Of a DNA stretch of 32,000 nt, positions 17,843 to 26,290 are shown one piece after another. A program made the position numbers and the translations under genes. The notes below the pieces were generated by a model that saw only the letters and a program-made list of their open reading frames with translations, was not told the DNA's origin and made no database searches. The first letter of the stretch is position 1, and each line of letters starts with the position of its first letter. This DNA comes from Pseudomonadota bacterium (GTDB lineage: Bacteria; Pseudomonadota; Alphaproteobacteria; UBA1280; RI-95), in NCBI GenBank assembly GCA_016125375.1, contig WGLU01000003.1:133880-165879 (forward strand). Reading direction: 5' to 3'.

Positions 17843-17952
17843 AAATTAGGTAAAACCTAGGGGCAATTTTTTAACCGGTTTCTGTTGTTTGGCCACGGTG
17901 GTCAGGTAACTGAAAAAAAACGCAAACAACCAAGCTAAATGTAAGGACGATA

Positions 17953-18183
17953 ATGATGGAAGTTTTGGGCTTGAAAGCCATCGGCGCTGGTCTGGCCGCC
18001 TCGGGCATGATTGGTGCTGGTGTAGGTCTGGGTTTCGTATTCGGCAAATTTTTCGAAAGCGTCGCCCGTCAGCCGGCTGCTGAAGATAAACTGAAAACCT
18101 ACCTGTTTATCGGTATGGCTCTGGTAGAAGCGATTGCGCTGTTCGCATTCGTTATCGCCGCCATTATTCTGTTCGTTCTCTAA
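17953..18183 (+). CDS. atpE: ATP synthase F0 subunit c
   Basis: GAGLAASGMIGAGVGLGFVFGKFFESVARQPAAEDKLKTYLFIGMALVEAIALFAFVIAAIILF; conserved RQP loop and carboxylate in helix 2. Confidence 0.97.
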   Translation: MMEVLGLKAIGAGLAASGMIGAGVGLGFVFGKFFESVARQPAAEDKLKTYLFIGMALVEAIALFAFVIAAIILFVL

Positions 18184-18204
18184 GACCGGCAGAGCTGATT
18201 AAAG

Positions 18205-18240
18205 CCGCCGGAAGACCTCTTGAATCAGGGCTTCCGGCGG
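18205..18240 (+). promoter_or_regulatory. Strong intercistronic hairpin between atpE and atpF
   Basis: Perfect 10-bp arms CCGCCGGAAG ... CTTCCGGCGG around a 16-nt loop; followed by only a weak T run (TATTTTC). Confidence 0.6.
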
Positions 18241-18274
18241 TATTTTCGGAATAATTTGGATTAGGATACTCAAT

Positions 18275-18835
18275 ATGGCAACCAATCTGGAACATACCAC
18301 GGCCGAAACTACCGCACACGGTGGCGGTACGGACGCAAAGGCACAGCTGTTTAACGGTGCGTTTATGGGTGACACCCTGTTCTGGACGGGGTTGAGCTTT
18401 GTGCTGTTCATGGTCATGATCTGGCGCTTTGTGCTGCCGACCATCAATACTGCACTGGATGCCCGTGCTGCCCGTATCCGTGACGATCTGGATCATGCGT
18501 CCGCCATGCGTAACGAAGCCCAGCAGGCGCTGGCTGCTTACGAGAAGCATATGCGTACTGCCCGTCAGGAAGCGCACGACATCATCGTGACCGCAAAAGC
18601 CGAAGCAGAGAAAATCATCGCTCGCAAGACCGCCGAGCTGGAGCAGGATCTGGCCCGCCGCAGCGAAGAGGCCCGCAACCTGATTGAACAGGCTAAAAAC
18701 AAGGCAATGATGGATGTACGTGACCAGGTTGCCGAACTGGCCCTGATTGCGACAGAAAAACTGCTGGATAAAGCTGTTGATAAGAAAACTGCCGGTGAAA
18801 TGACCGATGCAGCTATCAAACAGATGAGCCACTAA
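18275..18835 (+). CDS. atpF: ATP synthase F0 subunit b
   Basis: TLFWTGLSFVLFMVMIWRFVLPTINTALDARAARIRDDLDHASAMRNEAQQALAAYEKHMRTARQEAHDII; an N-terminal TM helix followed by a long charged coiled coil. Confidence 0.92.
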   Translation: MATNLEHTTAETTAHGGGTDAKAQLFNGAFMGDTLFWTGLSFVLFMVMIWRFVLPTINTALDARAARIRDDLDHASAMRNEAQQALAAYEKHMRTARQEAHDIIVTAKAEAEKIIARKTAELEQDLARRSEEARNLIEQAKNKAMMDVRDQVAELALIATEKLLDKAVDKKTAGEMTDAAIKQMSH

Positions 18836-18849
18836 GGTATCTGCCTGCT

Positions 18850-18878
18850 AAAAACGCCCCCTGCGGGGCGTTTTTTTT
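18850..18878. terminator. Rho-independent terminator between convergent genes
   Basis: AAAAACGCCCC-CTGC-GGGGCGTTTTTTTT. A/T tracts on both sides suggest bidirectional use. Confidence 0.8.
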
Positions 18879-18892
18879 ATGTGTGGTACAGT

Positions 18893-19606
18893 CTACTTGG
18901 CGGCGGCGGCCACAAAAGCCTTGATGATGTCGAAACTAGGGTCGCCATCGGTCAGGAAGAACTCCGGGTGCCATTGCACGCCCAGCGCAAAGCGTTTCTC
19001 GGGCAGTTCAATCCCTTCAATCACACCGTCTGGTGCCACCGCATTTACGCTGACATGGGGGGGGGCTTCCACAATGGCCTCTTTATGGGCGGTGTTGACC
19101 ATGATTTCCGGTTTCATGACAATGCTTGCCAGCAGTGTATCCGGTGTCACGGTTACACTGTGTGCCACTTCTTCCGCAGGTTTTGCATCCAGATGGTCAA
19201 TCTCGGTATTGGCGTGCTTGGTTACGTTACGGGTCATTTTACACCCTTCCAGACCACCGAGTAGTTGCATCCCTGCGCAAATACCCAGCAGCGGCATATC
19301 CACAGCCAAGGCCTGACGGATCATGGACAGGTCAAAGTCCAGTCTGGGGGAGGGCTCATAGGGAGCCGGTTCATTCAGGTCTACATACCAGCTGTCCGGC
19401 GAGGCAAAACCACCGCCCGGTACCAGCAGGCCGCGAATGCTGTCGATATATTGCGGAATGGCTGCATGTACCATCGGAATGCCAACGGGCAGTCCGCCTG
19501 CGGCATAAACGGCATTGAAGTAGTGTTCGCGCAGGGCAAGGTGCGGGCGTTTGGAGTAGGTGCCTTCCTGCTGCCAGTCCAGCGTGATACCGATGATGGG
19601 GCGCAT
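18893..19606 (-). CDS. Class I glutamine amidotransferase-like, gamma-glutamyl-GABA hydrolase (PuuD) type
   Basis: MRPIIGITLDWQQEGTYSKRPHLALREHYFNAVYAAGGLPVGIP...LLGICAGMQLLGG...FALGVQWHPEF: nucleophile Cys and catalytic His-x-Glu. Confidence 0.88.
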   Translation of the reverse strand: MRPIIGITLDWQQEGTYSKRPHLALREHYFNAVYAAGGLPVGIPMVHAAIPQYIDSIRGLLVPGGGFASPDSWYVDLNEPAPYEPSPRLDFDLSMIRQALAVDMPLLGICAGMQLLGGLEGCKMTRNVTKHANTEIDHLDAKPAEEVAHSVTVTPDTLLASIVMKPEIMVNTAHKEAIVEAPPHVSVNAVAPDGVIEGIELPEKRFALGVQWHPEFFLTDGDPSFDIIKAFVAAAAK

Positions 19607-19660
19607 GGCCGGATATCCTGTTGGTTGTTCTTGGCAGGTATCATAACCCCGTGCGCCATA

Positions 19661-19693
19661 AAAAAACACCCCCACCATGTGGTGGGGGTGTTC
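19661..19693 (-). terminator. Rho-independent terminator after the aminopeptidase gene
   Basis: Minus strand: GAACACCCCCACCACATGGTGGGGGTGTTTTTTT. Confidence 0.85.
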
Positions 19694-19704
19694 GCATGCC
19701 GTTC

Positions 19705-21282
19705 TTAGGCGGCGTGGTTCTTGAGCAGGTACGCCAGCACGGTACGGATGCCGTAGCCAGTGGCGCAGTGCTTGGACGTTTTGCTGCCCGAGGCCTCCTT
19801 GGCGCCGTCGGCGGTGCCGGCGATGTCCAGGTGGGCGTACTTGGGCGTCTTCAGACGGCCGCGGGGGCCGCCCTTCTTGCGGGTCTTGACCGCATGGTGC
19901 AGGAACAGAGCCGCACCGATGCTGTCCGGAATATCCCGCTGCTGCCAGTTGCGCAGGTCGGCGATATTGCTCTTGAGGGCATCTTCGTAGTCCGTGGCTT
20001 CGAGCAGCGGCATGGCCCACAGGCCTTCCCCCGCTTCCTTGGCACTGCCGAGCAGGTCGTGCGCCATGGAGCCATCGTTACAGAACATGCCAGCAAAAGC
20101 ATTGCCAAGCGCGGCAACGATAGAGCCGGTCAGGGTAGCGAAGTCGAGGATCGTCTCGGCGCCCTGATCCTTCACCAGAGCCAGCGCATCGTACAGGACG
20201 AGGCGGCCTTCGGCGTCGGTATCGGTGATCTCCACCGTGGTGCCGTTGTAGGCGGTACGCACCTCGTCCGGCTTGACGGCTTTGGGGCCGACCGCGTTCT
20301 CCACGATGCAGAGCGTTGCACGCAGGTTGAGCGGGGCGTCCATGGTAGCGGCAGCGTGAACGATGCCCAGCACCGTCGCGGCGCCGGCCATATCGGTCTT
20401 CATGCCGGCCATGTAGTCACCGGTCTTGATGTTCAGGCCGCCGGTGTCGTACACCAGCCCCTTGCCGACCAGATCCACCTGCGGGGCCTTCTTGTTGCCC
20501 GTGTAGGTGAGCTGGACCAGATAGGGTTCCTGGTCGCTGCCCTGTGCCACAGCCAGCAGCAGGTTGAGGCCCATGTCGGCCAGCTGCTTGCGGGTGTAGA
20601 CGGTCACCTTGACGTTCTTGTGGAGCTTGGCCAGCTTCTCGGCCGCGCTCTTGAGCGCCTCGGTGGTCATGATGTCGGGCGGCAGGTCGACGAAGCGGCG
20701 GGTCATATGCGCACCGGTCACGGCGGCATCCACCTCGGTCAGTACGCTGGCAACCTTGCGGCGGTTGAGCGCATTGCCGGCGAGGCGCAGCTCGGCCGGA
20801 CGGGCCGTATCCTTCTTCCCGGTCTTGAGGTCGGTGAAGGTGTAGGTGGCGGTCTGCATGCCGGTCATGAACGCGCGGACGCTGTCCTCGGCATTGGTGG
20901 TGAAGGTCTCCATCGCCACCAACGCGAACTTGAACTTGCCGGCACCCAGCTTACGGCTGACGGTGCCGCCCAGCGAACGCAGGTCGGACGCGGCGAGCTT
21001 CTTGGCGTTACCCACGCCGACGACCATGATGGCCTTGAGGCCGTCCTTGGTACGTGCGGCATACTGGATGACGTCGCCCACGCTGCCCTTGAAGCCGGAT
21101 ACCTTCAGGTATTCGGCAATGTCGGCAGCTTCGAGCTGCGCGGCCAGGACGGCGCTGTCGGTCAGCAGTTCGCCGTTCTTGTCGGCGAAGAGCACGGTGA
21201 TGTCGCCCATGATGGGATTCTTGAGGGATGTCACGCGCACCTTGTGCAGCGGCGCGGTGGCAAAAAGGTCGGTTTTGGTCAT
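19705..21282 (-). CDS. pepA: Leucyl aminopeptidase (M17 family)
   Basis: LVGKGLVYDTGGLNIKTGDYMAGMKTDMAGAATVLG and TDTDAEGRLVLYDALAL M17 metal-binding signatures. Probable start MTKTDLF at 21282. Confidence 0.93.
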   Translation of the reverse strand: MTKTDLFATAPLHKVRVTSLKNPIMGDITVLFADKNGELLTDSAVLAAQLEAADIAEYLKVSGFKGSVGDVIQYAARTKDGLKAIMVVGVGNAKKLAASDLRSLGGTVSRKLGAGKFKFALVAMETFTTNAEDSVRAFMTGMQTATYTFTDLKTGKKDTARPAELRLAGNALNRRKVASVLTEVDAAVTGAHMTRRFVDLPPDIMTTEALKSAAEKLAKLHKNVKVTVYTRKQLADMGLNLLLAVAQGSDQEPYLVQLTYTGNKKAPQVDLVGKGLVYDTGGLNIKTGDYMAGMKTDMAGAATVLGIVHAAATMDAPLNLRATLCIVENAVGPKAVKPDEVRTAYNGTTVEITDTDAEGRLVLYDALALVKDQGAETILDFATLTGSIVAALGNAFAGMFCNDGSMAHDLLGSAKEAGEGLWAMPLLEATDYEDALKSNIADLRNWQQRDIPDSIGAALFLHHAVKTRKKGGPRGRLKTPKYAHLDIAGTADGAKEASGSKTSKHCATGYGIRTVLAYLLKNHAA

Positions 21283-21525
21283 GCGGAGTCTCCGAATCTG
21301 CAAACGGGGAACAAAAGGGTCAATGGGGTTTGTGACAAAAAGGCATAAAACCTTGAAAGTGTTGTTCAGCTTACCGAACCTTTGCTTTGCCAGCAAGTAT
21401 ACAGACGCTTTTTTTCTTAAAGAAACACTTGCATACCCCGGCAATTATGCGTATGTTCCGATTTGCTTGCATGGGCAAGCCGAGTTTTTGTTGAACAATT
21501 TAGCCAAGATTTTAGGGTGACAGAT

Positions 21526-21738
21526 ATGAAACAGGGCATTCATCCCGAGTACCACACCATCAAAGTTATCATGACTGATGGTACCGAGTACCTGACCCGC
21601 TCCACTTACGGCCAAGATGGTGAAGAGCTGCGCCTGCTCATCGACAGCAAGTCGCACCCTGCCTACACCGGTCAGCGCCGCTCCATGGACAGCGAAGGCC
21701 GCATCGACAAGTTCAACAAGCGTTACGGCCGCGGCTAA
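21526..21738 (+). CDS. rpmE: 50S ribosomal protein bL31
   Basis: [29 protein letters not shown]...[10 protein letters not shown]...[14 protein letters not shown]. Confidence 0.95.
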   Translation: MKQGIHPEYHTIKVIMTDGTEYLTRSTYGQDGEELRLLIDSKSHPAYTGQRRSMDSEGRIDKFNKRYGRG

Positions 21739-21758
21739 GACGCCTGTTCTACACGATG

Positions 21759-21790
21759 AAAAAACGCTTGCTGAGGCAAGCGTTTTTTTT
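21759..21790 (+). terminator. Rho-independent terminator after rpmE
   Basis: AAAAACGCTTGC-TGAG-GCAAGCGTTTTTTTT. Confidence 0.85.
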
Positions 21791-21850
21791 ATTTTTGTTT
21801 CGTTGATACCCCCCTCCATATTGTGATAGAACAACCGCACATAAAAATTG

Positions 21851-21868
21851 ACCACCATATCTGGTGGT
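21851..21868. promoter_or_regulatory. Operator-like inverted repeat upstream of the EAL-domain gene
   Basis: ACCACC-ATATCT-GGTGGT, immediately followed by a GTATAC motif. Confidence 0.35.
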
Positions 21869-21923
21869 ATACAAAGCGCTCTACCGTAGCTGAACAAAAT
21901 CAAAAAGGTGTAGGGGTTTAGGG

Positions 21924-24833
21924 GTGATTAACGGCGTTCGCCAAACTGTTGCGCGTGGACTGGCTGCTCTTGGCAGTGACCGGTTCCGCAGCCAGATGAT
22001 GGTGGGCGGTGTATCGGTTCTTTGCCTGCTGGCCGGGCTGGAGGTCTGGCGCGCCTATACCGATGTTGCCCAGACCCGCTCCCTGTTGAACACGCAGGTG
22101 CAAACACAGGCAGAGAGCCATGCACGTGTCGCCCAGAGCTTCCTCTCACTGGCCGAGAAAACAGCCCGCGTTGTCGCTGTGAGCGAAGAGACGCAAACCA
22201 CCTTCGGCCTGAACCTGACCGACCCCGCGCTTGAGAAAACATTCACCGCCCTCAACCGCCAGCGCCTGCTGCTGGATATGGACGCCCTCTATTTGGTAGA
22301 CCCCACCGGACTGATGCGTTTCCGTTCCCTTGGCGCTCCCAACCTGTCACCGGTCAGCCTGATGACGCTGTTGAGCAAAGGACGTGCCTCCGGCACCCAG
22401 AGCTTTAATGGTCTGGTGGAACTGCAATCGGGTGACGGCTTTGTGCTGGTTGCTGCCGCCCCCGTTTACACGCCGGGGATCGACCGCGCCCATCTGGGGT
22501 ATGTGGTGACATTGCCCTCCCTCAATAACCTCAGCCTGACCATGGACGGGCAGAGCATGGCATGGCTGGCCAAAGCCGGTAACAACATGACCGTCCGTTT
22601 CGAGAAGGGGCGCCAGACAGGCTTGCCAATGGTGCTGACCCGGCAAGAGAACGGCGTTTGGCAGTCGGCCCAAGGGGTGGTCAGCGTTGCCCCTGTGAGT
22701 GATGACGGCTGGCAACTCGTCCAGTGGTCGCGCGCGATGCAAAGCCCGGTGCGGGGCGGTGTTCTGAGTACCCTGCCATGGACACTGGCAACAGTGGCCG
22801 GTGTTTTGGTCCTGCTGGCTATGGTCCATGGCCTGATGCGCCGTGAAAAGGAACTGGAAACCGAACTGGCTGGCCCACGCGCCGATCTGGATGTGAATAC
22901 GCTGCTGCTTGACGGTACGGATGCCGGTGTGATTGTCCTGAGCAGTGTGGGTCGTATCGAGCGGATGAACCTGAAGGCGCTGGAGCTGTTTGGCGGCCAT
23001 GTGAGCGACTATCAGGGTGCACCTGCGGGTAAGTTGTTTGCCAAGGGCGTGCGCCCTAACACAATTGGTGAGGAAACCGTCATGTGCAAAGCGCTGCACG
23101 GCGGTTTTTTTGAGGCGCGTTTGCGTCAGGATGTAGGGCCCAACGGCACCCGCATCTTGTGGATGTGGGATCCGGACAGCGAGTGGGCGCGCGAAGCGAT
23201 GGCTGCCGAACATCAGCGCAATCTGGAGTTCCTGCATGTGGCGTCCGAATGGCAGTGGGAGATGGATGCCAACGGATGCTTTACATGGCTTTCCGAAGAT
23301 GTGGAACTGGCGCTGGGCCAGCCGGTCGAGAAACTCCTGCACCGCTTTCTGGGCGACATGCTGTTGCCCGTCGATATGCAACGTTTCAGCAAAAACCTGC
23401 TGAGCATCATGGCGACCCGCCAGAACTTCCGCAACCTGCTGTTCCGTGTGGCCGATATGAACGGCGAGGTGGAAGAGTTTATGCTCAGCGGTGAGCCCGT
23501 CTACCGTGATGGCTCCTTTGCCGGTTTCCGTGGTGTGGCAACCCGCACGCAGGAAGACCGCCCTGAAATGCACCCGGCTGTGACCGGCCGCGATATGAAT
23601 ACCGGCCTGTGGACGACTGCCGCCCTTGAGGCAGCCCTGACGCGCTTTTACGAGCAGGCGCACCGGACCGGTAATACGGCGTATCTGATGCAGTTCCTCC
23701 TGCGTGAGCCGGATGAACAGTTGACCAGCAGCGTCCGGGAAGAGCGCTTGCAGGCAGCCATTACGCAGCTCCGTCCTGCCCTCCAGCCGGATGAGGTTGC
23801 CTGTGTATTGGAGCAGGGGCGCATTCTGGTGCTGGTGCAGGGGGAAAAGGGCCAGAACCGTGTCACCCGCCTGCGTGAGCTGCGCAACCTTGCCCAAAAG
23901 GGTCTGCAAACCCTGAGCGACGATCTGAAAATCAGTACGGGTCTTGTGTTCCTGCCCCGGGATGCCGCAACATCGGAAGAGGCTATTGGCCGTTCCGCCG
24001 TAGCTGCCGAAACCGCGCGTGAAGACGGCGGTGACCGCATCCGCATGTATGACGGTACGCTCAACCCCGGCGTGCTGGTGACGGATCCGGCGCTGACGCA
24101 AATCCGTCAGGCGCTGGAAGCAGGTGCGCTGGAGCTGCACTTCCAGCCGATTATCCCGATTGGCCAGTCGGTACCCGCAGCATTTGAGAGCTTCCCTTAC
24201 CTAGCTGCCAAGGACGGCAAGCTGCTCCGCCCTTCCGGTTATATGCCCCTGATTGAAAGCGGTGGCGGTATGGCTGTTATGGATACGCTGGCCATGCAGC
24301 ACCTGTTCGAGCGTGCAGCCAATGCCATGGCCGATAACCCGCGGCTGGCATTTTCCATGAACCTGTCCGCAGCAACCGTGCATGCCGAACGCAGCATCGA
24401 CATGATCAGCGAACTGGTGCGCAAGGTTCGCATTAATCCGGGTCAGATTATTTTTGAAATCGCCGAAGAGGTTCTGCTGGCCGACACCAGCCGCAGCCGT
24501 AATTTCATTCGCGCTGTCCGTCGTATGGGTTTCCGTGTAACGCTGGACCGCTTTGGCAGCGGTGTCAGCGCGCTGGGCCTGCTGCGTACGTTCGAGGTTG
24601 ATTTTATCAAGATTGACCGTGGCCTGATTCGCGACCTGGATACATCGGCAACAGCGCGCCATATGCTGCGCGCGGTAGCCGGCACAGCCCAGAGCATGGG
24701 TGTGGCTGTTATCGGCTGCGGTGTCGAGACCGAGGCCAGCTACCAGTACCTGCGCGCCGCAGGGATTGATTTTGCGCAGGGCTATTATCTGGGGCGGCCC
24801 GTCCATAACCGGATTGATGTGTCGGTATCCTGA
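21924..24833 (+). CDS. Membrane sensor protein with extracytoplasmic domain, PAS domains, degenerate GGDEF and EAL-like domain
   Basis: Two TM segments flank an extracytoplasmic region; PAS-like segments; no GG(D/E)EF motif; EAL-like C-terminus LELHFQPII..., NLSAATVH, QIIFEIAEE, TLDRFGSGVSALGLLR, DFIKIDRGLI, VEtEASYQYLRAAGIDFAQGYYLGRP. Confidence 0.85.
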   Translation: MINGVRQTVARGLAALGSDRFRSQMMVGGVSVLCLLAGLEVWRAYTDVAQTRSLLNTQVQTQAESHARVAQSFLSLAEKTARVVAVSEETQTTFGLNLTDPALEKTFTALNRQRLLLDMDALYLVDPTGLMRFRSLGAPNLSPVSLMTLLSKGRASGTQSFNGLVELQSGDGFVLVAAAPVYTPGIDRAHLGYVVTLPSLNNLSLTMDGQSMAWLAKAGNNMTVRFEKGRQTGLPMVLTRQENGVWQSAQGVVSVAPVSDDGWQLVQWSRAMQSPVRGGVLSTLPWTLATVAGVLVLLAMVHGLMRREKELETELAGPRADLDVNTLLLDGTDAGVIVLSSVGRIERMNLKALELFGGHVSDYQGAPAGKLFAKGVRPNTIGEETVMCKALHGGFFEARLRQDVGPNGTRILWMWDPDSEWAREAMAAEHQRNLEFLHVASEWQWEMDANGCFTWLSEDVELALGQPVEKLLHRFLGDMLLPVDMQRFSKNLLSIMATRQNFRNLLFRVADMNGEVEEFMLSGEPVYRDGSFAGFRGVATRTQEDRPEMHPAVTGRDMNTGLWTTAALEAALTRFYEQAHRTGNTAYLMQFLLREPDEQLTSSVREERLQAAITQLRPALQPDEVACVLEQGRILVLVQGEKGQNRVTRLRELRNLAQKGLQTLSDDLKISTGLVFLPRDAATSEEAIGRSAVAAETAREDGGDRIRMYDGTLNPGVLVTDPALTQIRQALEAGALELHFQPIIPIGQSVPAAFESFPYLAAKDGKLLRPSGYMPLIESGGGMAVMDTLAMQHLFERAANAMADNPRLAFSMNLSAATVHAERSIDMISELVRKVRINPGQIIFEIAEEVLLADTSRSRNFIRAVRRMGFRVTLDRFGSGVSALGLLRTFEVDFIKIDRGLIRDLDTSATARHMLRAVAGTAQSMGVAVIGCGVETEASYQYLRAAGIDFAQGYYLGRPVHNRIDVSVS

Positions 24834-24837
24834 ATAA

Positions 24838-24866
24838 AAAAACCCGCTCGTCAGAGCGGGTTTTTT
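24838..24866. terminator. Bidirectional rho-independent terminator
   Basis: AAAAAAACCCGCTC-GTCA-GAGCGGGTTTTTT between convergent genes. Confidence 0.85.
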
Positions 24867-24877
24867 AGCGCTTGCCG

Positions 24878-25414
24878 TCAGGCAACATCGCCTAATTTAT
24901 CAATCTCGTTATGGGTGAAGACGCGGCCCATCTCGATCAGAATAATCATCTTGTTATTAAAGTGGCTGATGCCGCGAATGTACTCAGACCCGATGCCGCC
25001 GGCAACAAGGGCAGGGGGCGGAGAAATGGTATCTGCCGGAATACGCAGTACTTCGTCCACCGCATCCACAATCAGACCGAGAACGTTCTCGTTCACCTCG
25101 ATGACGATGATACGGGTTGTGGCCTCGTTAATCTCTGCCGCAATACCAAAGCGCTTGCGCAGGTCGACCACGGGAATAATCTGGCCACGGAGGTTGATGA
25201 CGCCCTCGACGAACGGCGGTGCTTTGGGCACCGGCGTGATGTCTGTCATGCGGATGATTTCGCGCACTTCCAGAATCGGCACGCCAAATTCTTCCCCTGC
25301 CAGTGTAAAGGTCACCACCTGCGCCAGCACATCTGTACTGCGTGTTGTCTGACGGTCTTTGGCAGTGGCAACGGCATTGCCTTGAGAGGCTACAAGATCA
25401 CCCACGGTCGGCAT
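24878..25414 (-). CDS. cheW: Chemotaxis coupling protein CheW
   Basis: VVTFTLAGEEFGVPILEVREIIRMTDITPVPKAPPFVEGVINLRGQIIPVVDLRKRFG. Confidence 0.95.
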   Translation of the reverse strand: MPTVGDLVASQGNAVATAKDRQTTRSTDVLAQVVTFTLAGEEFGVPILEVREIIRMTDITPVPKAPPFVEGVINLRGQIIPVVDLRKRFGIAAEINEATTRIIVIEVNENVLGLIVDAVDEVLRIPADTISPPPALVAGGIGSEYIRGISHFNNKMIILIEMGRVFTHNEIDKLGDVA

Positions 25415-25463
25415 CCTTTTTTTATTTTCCCATATTTAAAATATGGAAACTTATTAATTATTT

Positions 25464-26195
25464 TCAATCTTCGGTAGGTGTACTGCTGCCGGGTATCGGG
25501 TCGGCGAACACATAACCACCTTCCCATTTTGTGTGAATATAATTTTCGTTGCAAAGAGTTATTAGTTTTTTCCGCAAACGGTACACATACATGTCGATAA
25601 GCTTGGGGTCCGAGTCCGGTGCTTCGCCAAAGAGGTATGACATCAGTTTTTCTTTGGACAGCGTATAGTTCTTCCGTTGGGAGAAGATTTCCAGCAGTGC
25701 ATACTCAATCGGGTCCATTTCGACCGGTTTGCCCTCAATCAGTACGGTCTTGCTGTCGCTGCAAATGGTAATTTTGCCAGTTGTTATGTGGCCCGGCGCT
25801 TTGTCCTGGACGCGCGTCATCAGCGCTTTCAGGTCGCGGGTAAGCGATGTTTTGGTGTAAGGGCGTCGCACCAGCGCATCAGCCATGCGCATATGGGCAT
25901 CGGAGAGCCTGTCGATGCCGTCAGCATCACCCAGCAGGACGATATAGCCGTTGGTATGGATATTTTTCAGACGTTCGGCCAGCTCCAGAGCTGCGGCGGT
26001 GTCTTCGTTGTCAATCGGCAGAAGAATCAGGTCGTAAGGATTGTTACGGCAGGTATTGAAGCCGCGTTCATCCTGATGGCAAAGGGTCACATCAAACGCA
26101 TCCGGCCCCAGCATTTTGCACAAACGCTGGCCTTCCGCCGTTTGCCGGGTGGCAATCAGGACACGGGGGGGATGGTTTTGCGCGTTCATAGCCAT
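25464..26195 (-). CDS. OmpR/CtrA-type winged-helix regulator with atypical receiver domain
   Basis: The C-terminus VEMDPIEYALLEIFSQRKNYTLSKEKLMSYLFGEAPDSDPKLIDMYVYRLRKKLITLCNENYIHTKWEGGYVFADP resembles the CtrA output domain; the receiver reads YDLILLPIDN where the phospho-acceptor Asp is expected. Confidence 0.8.
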   Translation of the reverse strand: MAMNAQNHPPRVLIATRQTAEGQRLCKMLGPDAFDVTLCHQDERGFNTCRNNPYDLILLPIDNEDTAAALELAERLKNIHTNGYIVLLGDADGIDRLSDAHMRMADALVRRPYTKTSLTRDLKALMTRVQDKAPGHITTGKITICSDSKTVLIEGKPVEMDPIEYALLEIFSQRKNYTLSKEKLMSYLFGEAPDSDPKLIDMYVYRLRKKLITLCNENYIHTKWEGGYVFADPIPGSSTPTED

Positions 26196-26290
26196 TACTT
26201 TACTCCATAGTATGCATATCGCCAAGAGGGGGCGTTGCGTCAAGCCTTGGGCAGCCTGTATACTCAAATAAAAAGCGTTTGGAAAGCTTT

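Noticed and set aside
18893-20020. 375-aa reading of the amidotransferase ORF starting at 20020
   Set aside because: The first 138 residues are out-of-frame pepA sequence and cross the pepA terminator at 19661-19693. The real start is MRPIIGI at 19606.
19621-21348. 575-aa + strand ORF opposite pepA
   Set aside because: Antisense shadow of an unambiguous M17 aminopeptidase with high GC3; no recognisable domain.
22347-24140. 597-aa minus-strand ORF opposite the PAS/EAL gene
   Set aside because: Composition rich in H/Q/R/G and no domains. The + strand frame contains clear EAL-like and PAS-like motifs.
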